Source: Halogeometricum borinquense DSM 11551
GTDB lineage: Archaea; Halobacteriota; Halobacteria; Halobacteriales; Haloferacaceae
Reading direction: 5' to 3'
Assembly (NCBI RefSeq): GCF_000172995.2
Contig: NC_014736.1
Coordinates: 150,001 to 182,000, forward strand
DNA length: 32,000 bases
This document shows positions 7,224 to 14,085 of the stretch, piece after piece. The notes beneath the pieces were generated by a model. The model was not told where the DNA came from. It searched no databases and saw only the letters and a list, made by a program, of their open reading frames with translations. A program made the translations under genes and the position numbers. Position 1 is the first letter of the stretch. Each line of letters opens with the position of its first letter.

Positions 7224-7593
7224 TCTCGTCGCACCACTGTCGGTTGCCACTGATGACCTGACCCTTACCGTCGCAGGGGTTACGATGCCGGTTCGCTCAA
7301 CCGGTGACCGGTTGTTCGTCGAAGTGCCGACGCTTCGGAGCGCGGTTCGGGTCGCTCGTGCAGTCAATGCCGTCCCGAGCGGACCCACACGTCTACTAAC
7401 GGTAACTGACCTGACGACTGAACTCAGGGTCCGTGGGAGGACCGTCGCGGTCTTTGGTGCTCACACCCGGCCGGGACCGCTTGCCCGCGAACTTGGAATC
7501 GCCCCGGCCGAGTTCAGACTTGGAGGCGCGTTGGCCGCCGCTAGCAGCGGTGCGACTGCCGCCGTAGATCACCTTCTCACATGGCTTCGCTGA
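7210..7593 (+). CDS. hypothetical protein (127 aa from GTG; ATG alternative at 7285)
   Basis: An open frame overlapping the previous ORF by 14 nt. Ala/Val/Thr-rich. No family recognised. The start is uncertain. Confidence 0.35.
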   Translation: MSKTDLVAPLSVATDDLTLTVAGVTMPVRSTGDRLFVEVPTLRSAVRVARAVNAVPSGPTRLLTVTDLTTELRVRGRTVAVFGAHTRPGPLARELGIAPAEFRLGGALAAASSGATAAVDHLLTWLR

Positions 7594-7665
7594 CCTGAGA
7601 CGTAAGTGGGGTTCTGGTGTGATGATCCGCTTCTCTTCAGGTAACGGCGTCTGCCGCTCGTCGGA

Positions 7666-7684
7666 CACCACCATTTCCAGTAAT
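7666..7684 (-). promoter_or_regulatory. ORB-like element 1 (degenerate)
   Basis: The reverse complement reads attactggaaatggtggtg. Confidence 0.55.
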
Positions 7685-7728
7685 ACAGTTATCTGAGCAG
7701 TATTTTCGGTTGTAATTTCTCACCTCGC

Positions 7729-7755
7729 CACCCCCTCCCCACTATTTCCAGTAAA
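7729..7755 (-). promoter_or_regulatory. ORB element 2 with G-string
   Basis: The reverse complement is tttactggaaatagtggggagggggtg, identical over 27 nt to element 3. Confidence 0.85.
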
Positions 7756-7973
7756 GCGGGAACAGAAAGCCACCCTAGCTATCACTACGGTCCGTTTCGG
7801 CGTTTATTCTTGCCGGATAACCTGGACGGTTCCACGTAAACTTCACATCAACTCCAGATGACTCTCCGTACAACCTCTCATCTAGCTAGCCTACGGACCA
7901 ACTTGTCTGACTACCATATGAATATTTCTAATTTCAGTATGTGTTCTCAGCCAACGGGCTGTATTTGTGGTGG

Positions 7974-8000
7974 TTTACTGGAAATAGTGGGGAGGGGGTG
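7974..8000 (+). promoter_or_regulatory. ORB element 3 with G-string
   Basis: tttactggaaatagtggggagggggtg. It forms a perfect 27-bp inverted repeat with 7729-7755, separated by 218 bp. Confidence 0.85.
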
Positions 8001-8058
8001 TTGCACTATCCTTATTTACCTCAGCCCTTCGCAGTCTACCGATTTCGTTCTCACACTA

Positions 8059-8078
8059 TTTTATTGGAAACAGTGGTG
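8059..8078 (+). promoter_or_regulatory. ORB-like element 4 (degenerate)
   Basis: ttttattggaaacagtggtg. Confidence 0.5.
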
Positions 8079-8101
8079 TTCGACTATCTTATAAAGAATG
8101 C

Positions 8102-8124
8102 TTTACTGGAAATACTGGAACACC
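8102..8124 (+). promoter_or_regulatory. ORB-like element 5
   Basis: tttactggaaatactggaacacc. Confidence 0.6.
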
Positions 8125-8212
8125 TCGGTCTGCCTTCATCCGGGCTGCTTTCGTTCAGGCTGTCTTCATTCGGACTTCCTCCATCGTGATAGACACACGC
8201 CGGCAACCGACG

Positions 8213-8233
8213 TTTACTGGAAATAGTGGGGTG
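8213..8233 (+). promoter_or_regulatory. ORB element 6
   Basis: tttactggaaatagtggggtg. Confidence 0.8.
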
Positions 8234-8257
8234 TTCCTCCCTCGTGTGTCCCGAATG

Positions 8258-8276
8258 TTTACTGGAAATGATGGGG
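8258..8276 (+). promoter_or_regulatory. ORB element 7
   Basis: tttactggaaatgatgggg. Confidence 0.75.
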
Positions 8277-8312
8277 TCTCACACGAGTAGTAGAAACATC
8301 ACCCATTGGTGG

Positions 8313-8334
8313 TTATACTGGAAATACCGGAAAC
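8313..8334 (+). promoter_or_regulatory. ORB-like element 8 (degenerate)
   Basis: ttatactggaaataccggaaac, about 50 nt upstream of the orc1 ATG. Confidence 0.55.
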
Positions 8335-8381
8335 GTCGGTCGAAACAATTTTCCTCGCAGACTGAATCAGTCGAGTACAAT

Positions 8382-9620
8382 ATGGCTCCCCGATTCCAAC
8401 CTGACGATACGCTGTATAAACGTCGGAATACGCTCAAGGTAGAATATGTTCCGGACGATATCGTCGGACGAGATAACGAAATCGAGGAGTACGAAGCAGC
8501 TCTCCAGCCGATCATTAACGGGGAGTATCCCGACAACATATTCATTTACGGCAAGACTGGTGTGGGGAAGACCGCCGTCACGAACTTTCTCCTCAACGAG
8601 CTCCAAGAGTCGGCGGAACACTTTGAGGTCGACCTCTCTGTCATCTCACTCAACTGCGATGGGCTCAGCACGAGCTACCAAGCTGCGATTAGCCTGGTAA
8701 ACAACCTCCGGGAACCCGAACACCACATCGCTGAGACCGGGCATCCGCAGTCCAAAGTCTATCGGCTACTCTGGGACGAACTCAACAAACTGTCCGGGAC
8801 TGTGATCATCGTTCTCGACGAGATCGATCACATCACAGACGACACGTTCCTCTACCAGATAACTCGTGCCGACAACAACGGATATATCGACAATATCCAA
8901 CTCGGTCTCATCGGCATCAGTAACGATTCGACGTTTCGGGAGCAACTTGACGCGAAAGTTCAGTCGTCTCTTTGTGAAACTGAAATTTCGTTTCCGCCGT
9001 ATGGGACCGAAGAACTCCAGAAAGTCCTCGAACAGCGAGCTGATATCGCGTTCCACCAGAGCGCACTTGAGGACGGTGTAATCCCGTTATGTGCTGCACT
9101 CGGCCGTCAGGATGGCGGTGATGCTCGCCGGGCAATCACCCTCCTCCGAAAGGCTGGTGACCTCGCCCGAACGGAGAATGCAGAGTCGGTGACGACCGAC
9201 CATGTCGAACGCGCCCAAGAGAAACTTGAGGCACAACAGAGCATGGACATTATGCGTGACCTCACCGAACACGAGCAACTCACGCTCTATGCGTTGACTA
9301 CGCTCGCTGCCGAGAATGCGACGCCTGCTCGCTCGCGCGTTGTCTATCAACGCTATAAAGAACTCTGTGAATACCAGGGTCGAGACCCTCGTACGGCGCG
9401 TCGGATGCGTAGCTTCCTCTCTGATTTCGAGATACTCAACCTGACGCTCTCACAGATGGTGCACCGTGGTCAGGACGGCGGGACGTACCGTGAGCATGAA
9501 CTCAACCGCGACATCGCAACTGTCGTTGACGCACTCCAGACTATCATCAGCGAATTCGGTGCCCATCGGAGTATTATCGAGTATCTCCCTGACTCCGGCG
9601 AAGAGTTCGTTGCGATGTAA
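8382..9620 (+). CDS. orc1: Orc1/Cdc6 replication initiator (412 aa)
   Basis: ATG at 8382 (MAPRFQPDD...YVPDDIVGRDNEIEEY). Walker A YGKTGVGKT, Walker B IIVLDEIDH, and a C-terminal winged helix. The track start at 8226 would translate through ORB elements 6-8 and is rejected. Confidence 0.9.
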   Translation: MAPRFQPDDTLYKRRNTLKVEYVPDDIVGRDNEIEEYEAALQPIINGEYPDNIFIYGKTGVGKTAVTNFLLNELQESAEHFEVDLSVISLNCDGLSTSYQAAISLVNNLREPEHHIAETGHPQSKVYRLLWDELNKLSGTVIIVLDEIDHITDDTFLYQITRADNNGYIDNIQLGLIGISNDSTFREQLDAKVQSSLCETEISFPPYGTEELQKVLEQRADIAFHQSALEDGVIPLCAALGRQDGGDARRAITLLRKAGDLARTENAESVTTDHVERAQEKLEAQQSMDIMRDLTEHEQLTLYALTTLAAENATPARSRVVYQRYKELCEYQGRDPRTARRMRSFLSDFEILNLTLSQMVHRGQDGGTYREHELNRDIATVVDALQTIISEFGAHRSIIEYLPDSGEEFVAM

Positions 9621-9637
9621 GCCGAGCGACTCTTGAC

Positions 9638-9697
9638 TAGCAAAACTGAAGTTAGTAAAATCTAGATTAGTAAAATCCTAATTTACAAAACCGATAC
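9638..9697 (+). repeat. four phased 15-bp repeats (TAGTAAAAYC core)
   Basis: tagcaaaactgaagt / tagtaaaatctagat / tagtaaaatcctaat / ttacaaaaccgatac, starting at 9638, 9653, 9668 and 9683. Confidence 0.8.
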
Positions 9698-9727
9698 TAC
9701 TATCTCATCCACTCATCAAATACAGGT

Positions 9728-11122
9728 ATGAGCCATCCCCGTTTTGTCAATCGCGAAGACGAACTAGAGATGTTGACATCACGGTTCGACCGTGACACAG
9801 CAGAGTTACTCGTTGTGTACGGTCGGCGGCGACTCGGCAAGAGTGCGCTTATCCGCGAGTCGATCCGGGAACGCGATGACGCAGTCTACTGGCAGGCGAC
9901 CGAAGAGACGCCGGACGTGCAACTTTCGAGTTTTGTCGAGACTGCACGCGAGACGTTTCCCGTCGTCGAAGACATCAAACGGGACTGGGAAGCACTGCTC
10001 CGAACGCTCGGACGACAGGATGCGATTGTCGTCCTTGATGAGTTCCCCTATCTGATCGACTCGGACGATTCGCTCCCCTCGAAAATTCAGCGTGTCTGGG
10101 ATCTCCACCTCGAAGAGACCGGGATGTCGCTCGTACTTGTGGGGTCGTCGATCAGCGTCATGGAAGAGAAGGTCCTCAGTGGTGGAAGTCCGTTGTACGG
10201 GCGTCGAACCGGGACGATAGACCTCCCACCGCTCGACCTGAGCGACGCACAGCAGTTCTATCCCGATGCGGATCCCGAGACCGCTATCGAGACGTGGAGT
10301 GTCTTCGGTGGCACGCCGTATTACCTCCGTGCGCTCACTCCTTCAGCATCGCTTTCAGAGAATATTCAGTCGCACATCCTTTCGGAACACGGCGTTCTTC
10401 ACAACGAACCGGAGTTCCTGTTACGCACTGAGTTCGGTATTCGAGAGCCGCAGACGTACTACACGGTCCTTCGAGCGATTGCCACGGGCAAGCGTGAAGC
10501 GAGCGAAATCGCTACTTTCGCCGGCATGGATTCGAACTCCCTCGGCTCGTATCTCTCGAAACTACGGAGACTTCGGTTGATAACCCGAGATATTCCGGTG
10601 ACGGCAAACCCCAATGCAACGAGGAAGAGTCGCTACCGACTCAATGAGCCATTGTTCCGGTTCTGGTTCCGCTACGTGTATGGGCAGGAAGGAAAGCTCG
10701 CACAACTCGGAGATGATGCGTACGATGAATTGGTCGCGCCCTCGTTCTCGGACTACATGGGTCCAATGTTCGAAGTCGTCTGCCAAAACGCCTTACCGAC
10801 GCTTATTCCCAAAACGTACCACGGAATCGGGTACTGGTGGCACAAGCACCACGAACTCGATGTTGTCGGCCTTGCGAGCGATGGCACGCTCGTCGCGGGT
10901 GAGTGCAAGTACACAACTCGTGAAATGAACGAGGGAGACCTCGCTGATCTCGAGCGAAGTGCTGCACAGGTAGACTGGACGCCCCCGGAAGGCGGCGACC
11001 CGACGTACCACTACTGCTGCTTCGCTCGTTCGGGATTCTCTGATGGGCTGCGGGCAGTCGCTGAAGAGCGGTCGGACGTCTCGCTGTTCACTCCGCAAGA
11101 CATCGTAGAGATGCAAATCTGA
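9728..11122 (+). CDS. archaeal ATPase (Arch_ATPase/AAA-like) with a C-terminal DUF234-type PD-(D/E)xK nuclease-like domain
   Basis: N-terminus FVNREDEL...VVYGRRRLGKS (Walker A), VVLDEFPYL (Walker B). C-terminal segment HELDVVGL...LVAGECKYT resembles a restriction-endonuclease-fold D...ExK motif. Confidence 0.8.
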   Translation: MSHPRFVNREDELEMLTSRFDRDTAELLVVYGRRRLGKSALIRESIRERDDAVYWQATEETPDVQLSSFVETARETFPVVEDIKRDWEALLRTLGRQDAIVVLDEFPYLIDSDDSLPSKIQRVWDLHLEETGMSLVLVGSSISVMEEKVLSGGSPLYGRRTGTIDLPPLDLSDAQQFYPDADPETAIETWSVFGGTPYYLRALTPSASLSENIQSHILSEHGVLHNEPEFLLRTEFGIREPQTYYTVLRAIATGKREASEIATFAGMDSNSLGSYLSKLRRLRLITRDIPVTANPNATRKSRYRLNEPLFRFWFRYVYGQEGKLAQLGDDAYDELVAPSFSDYMGPMFEVVCQNALPTLIPKTYHGIGYWWHKHHELDVVGLASDGTLVAGECKYTTREMNEGDLADLERSAAQVDWTPPEGGDPTYHYCCFARSGFSDGLRAVAEERSDVSLFTPQDIVEMQI

Positions 11123-11346
11123 CCTTCGGTTCTTTATCTTTGACGACGCGCCCGATGCACAACACAGAATCCGTCTCACGGTTGTAAATGGGGAACCAGG
11201 CGTCACGTAGTTCCATCAGACGCTTATAGTCGGAGTTTCACCCGAAGTTCTCGAACTGCTCGTCGGCGGGAATCTTGTCTTGGTTTCATCATAATTCACG
11301 CTGGAGGTGAGGAAGGACTATCGTGATGGGTGTGCTATAACAACAC

Positions 11347-11859
11347 ATGAATATCCGTACTGCGACCGAAAGCGATACCCACGCCATCCTCCGGATAGCG
11401 GAACAGTCATGGAAAACCGATTATCCGGAGATTCTCACACGCGAAACCGCTGAAGAAGCAGTCACAGACTGGTATACTTCCGAACAAATCGAAGCGGAAC
11501 TTAATGAGGAGCAGACAATGATTCTCGTTGCCGAACGCGAGGGGGCAGTTGTCGGTTTCGCACACGCGGCGTGGAATGACTCCGAAGAAGATGGATACAT
11601 CCTCCGAATCTACGTCCATCCCGAGCACCGTCGAGAGAACATCGGCCGTGAGTTGCTTGAGCGGACGTGTACTAACCTTGCCGAGCAGGGAATCGAACGA
11701 ATCAACGCGATGGTTCTCGTGGAGAACGACCCCGGCAACGCATTCTACAAACGATTCGGGTTCGAACACGTGGATGAGAGCCAGACTACTCTCGGTGGCG
11801 AACCGCACCCCGAAAACAGGTACGTACTCGAACACCCCTCTGAACTGGGCGGCGGATAA
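11347..11859 (+). CDS. GNAT-family N-acetyltransferase
   Basis: 170 aa. Acetyl-CoA motif A is RIYVHPEHRRENIGRELL. The FYKRFGF tail is typical of GNATs. Confidence 0.85.
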   Translation: MNIRTATESDTHAILRIAEQSWKTDYPEILTRETAEEAVTDWYTSEQIEAELNEEQTMILVAEREGAVVGFAHAAWNDSEEDGYILRIYVHPEHRRENIGRELLERTCTNLAEQGIERINAMVLVENDPGNAFYKRFGFEHVDESQTTLGGEPHPENRYVLEHPSELGGG

Positions 11860-11987
11860 CCAGCCTGACTGTTCTGGCTGTCCAATGAGGACGATACACC
11901 GTTATGGGAACTCGCGTAGGAAACTCCCAAAACTGCCACGTTCCGGAGTACAAACGTTTTTTGCCCTGAGAGCGATTGTGTTCGTGC

Positions 11988-13943
11988 ATGTCGAACGGCC
12001 GGGGACCGGACTCCGAGACGGGGTTGGGCGAGTACGAGAAAATCGATCCTCCGACCTCGTTCGCCGAACAGGCAACTGTTACTGACGAGTCCATCTACGA
12101 CGAGTTTAATGACACCTGGCCCGACTGTTGGGAACGGGCGGCAGCGACAATCGACTGGAGCGAACCGTACGAGTGCGTCCTCCCGAATGACGAACCGCCG
12201 TTCGAGTGGTTTGCCGGCGGGACGCTGAACGCTTCCTACAACTGTCTGGACCGACACATCGAAGCCGGGGCGAAGAATCGCGTCGCCATCAAGTGGGAGA
12301 GCCATCTCGGCGAGACCCGGACGTACACGTATCAGGACCTCTACCGCGAGGTTAACGAGTTCGCGGCTGCACTTCGCGCACAGGGCGTCGAGGAAGACGA
12401 TGTCGTCACCCTCTACATGCCGATGATACCGGAGTTGCCTATCGCCATGCTCGCATGTGCCCGCATCGGTGCCCCGCACAACGTCGTCTTCGCGGGCCTG
12501 TCAGCGGATGCACTCGCTACGCGACTGGAGAGCGCTGACTCGGAGTATCTCGTCACCTGTGACGGCTACTACCGTCGAGGGAACGCTATCTTCCTGAAGA
12601 GCAAGGCCGAGGACGCCCGTCTCAAAACACCTCACGACCTCAGCGAGATGGTCCTTGTTGAGCATCTCGGCGAGGCCGAACATCTCGGGGAGACTCAGCA
12701 CACGTACGATGAACTGGTCAGCGAACACGCCGGTGCGGAGGTTGCACCGGTTGACCGGTCGGCCGACGATGTTCTCTTTCTGATCCACACTTCGGGAACT
12801 ACGGGTGAGCCAAAGCGAGTCGAACACGTCACCGGCGGCTATCTCGCCCACGTCACGTGGACGTCGCAGGCGGTGTTAGACCTCAAACCCGGGGATACGT
12901 ACCTCTGTACGGCGAACATCGGATGGATTAGCGGTCACTCGTACGTCGTTTACGGTCCGTTAGCGGTCGGAGCTACGACGGTCATGTACGAGGGGACTCC
13001 CAACTATCCGGAGAAAGACCGTATCTGGAGCCTCATCGAGCAGAATGCCGTGGACGTGTTCTACACGGCCCCGACGGCGATTCGCGCGTTCATGAAATGG
13101 GGTGCAGAGTATCCTGCACAGCACGACCTGTCGAGCCTCCGCCTTCTGGGAACGGTCGGTGAACCGATCAACCCCCGCGCGTGGCAGTGGTACTACGAGC
13201 ACGTCGGCAATGAGGAGTGTCCGATAGTCGATACGTGGTGGCAGACCGAAACCGGCGGTATGATGATCGCCACCCTTCCCGGCATCGACGCGATGAAACC
13301 CGGGGTAGCCGGCCCACCGCTTCCGGGAACCGACGCGAAAATCGTCGATGGAAGTGGCGAGGCAGTCCCGCCAAACGACGCAGGGTATCTCGTCCTTACT
13401 CGACCGTGGCCCGGGATGCCGCTCGCACTGCGACACGGGCGGCGATGGGGTCGTGAGGGTACCTCGGAGATCGAAGTGAACGGGTGGAACTACTTCACGG
13501 GTGACGGTGCGCGAGTAGACGAGGACGGCTATATCACCGTCCTCGGACGGATCGACGACGTCATCAACGTTTCGGGATACCGTCTCGGGACCATGGAGAT
13601 CGAAAGCGCTATCGTCGATGTCGAGGGCGTCGTCGAGGCCGCCGTCGTCAGCGTCGATAACGCCGAAACGGGCGGCGTCCACGCGTATGTCACGCTTGAG
13701 GCGGCTCTTTCCGGTGACGAGCAGATGCGCGAGCGAATCGCCTCCCACGTTCGCGAGCGTATCGGTCCGATTGCTACGTTGGATGCTGTCGTTTTCACGC
13801 CCGACCTTCCGAAGACACGGTCGGGGAAGATCATGCGTCGCTTCCTCGAAAATATCGCAAACGGCGAGGAGTTCGGTGACACATCAACGCTCCGAAACCC
13901 CGAAATCGTCGGCGAACTCAAGTCCATCGTTCGGGACGACTGA
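11988..13943 (+). CDS. acs: acetyl-CoA synthetase (AMP-forming), divergent copy
   Basis: ATG at 11988; the track start at 11976 is TTG. Motifs YTSGTTGEPK-like (HTSGTTGEPKRV), WWQTETGG, GEPINP, DDVINVSGYRLGTMEIESA, PKTRSGKIMRR. Confidence 0.9.
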   Translation: MSNGRGPDSETGLGEYEKIDPPTSFAEQATVTDESIYDEFNDTWPDCWERAAATIDWSEPYECVLPNDEPPFEWFAGGTLNASYNCLDRHIEAGAKNRVAIKWESHLGETRTYTYQDLYREVNEFAAALRAQGVEEDDVVTLYMPMIPELPIAMLACARIGAPHNVVFAGLSADALATRLESADSEYLVTCDGYYRRGNAIFLKSKAEDARLKTPHDLSEMVLVEHLGEAEHLGETQHTYDELVSEHAGAEVAPVDRSADDVLFLIHTSGTTGEPKRVEHVTGGYLAHVTWTSQAVLDLKPGDTYLCTANIGWISGHSYVVYGPLAVGATTVMYEGTPNYPEKDRIWSLIEQNAVDVFYTAPTAIRAFMKWGAEYPAQHDLSSLRLLGTVGEPINPRAWQWYYEHVGNEECPIVDTWWQTETGGMMIATLPGIDAMKPGVAGPPLPGTDAKIVDGSGEAVPPNDAGYLVLTRPWPGMPLALRHGRRWGREGTSEIEVNGWNYFTGDGARVDEDGYITVLGRIDDVINVSGYRLGTMEIESAIVDVEGVVEAAVVSVDNAETGGVHAYVTLEAALSGDEQMRERIASHVRERIGPIATLDAVVFTPDLPKTRSGKIMRRFLENIANGEEFGDTSTLRNPEIVGELKSIVRDD

Positions 13944-14085
13944 CCGCTATTTCGGAATTATTTGATAAGCCGAAACCGATGCTCGGAGAGTGATCGGTTC
14001 TATCGCGTGAAATACACCTCTCACCGACCGAAAATACCCCCGCCACCGAACGATTTAGTTCGCTTTAGGTAGAATAAGCGAAAGA

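Larger units (their letters stand above)
7666..8334. other. replication origin (orc1/cdc6-adjacent oriC-type origin)
   Basis: Eight ORB-like repeats (TTTACTGGAAAT + GTGGGG G-string): two leftward-facing and six rightward-facing. An AT-rich stretch at about 7911-7950 lies between the inverted pair. orc1/cdc6 starts at 8382. Confidence 0.8.

Noticed and set aside
8226-8381. An N-terminal extension of orc1 suggested by the ORF track (MGCSSLVCPECLLEM...).
   Set aside because: It would translate straight through ORB elements 6-8. It is Trp/Lys/Arg-rich, unlike the rest of the protein. The canonical Orc1 N-terminus begins at the ATG at 8382.
11123-11346. A possible gene remnant between the ATPase and GNAT genes. 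Fragments of open frame exist on the minus strand, and the track ORF 10793-11206 continues into the ATPase gene.
   Set aside because: No intact ORF is present, no transposase or other family signature is recognisable, and the fragments are interrupted by stops in every frame.
11745-12479. A 244-aa minus-strand ORF, with its twin at 16043-16777. The two show similar protein sequences.
   Set aside because: Both are antisense to the two acs genes. Their mutual similarity simply mirrors the acs duplication. No motifs are present and the composition is basic.
12960-13748. A 262-aa minus-strand ORF, with its counterpart at 16790-17677 (295 aa).
   Set aside because: They are antisense shadow ORFs inside the acs genes, with Arg-rich low-complexity products.
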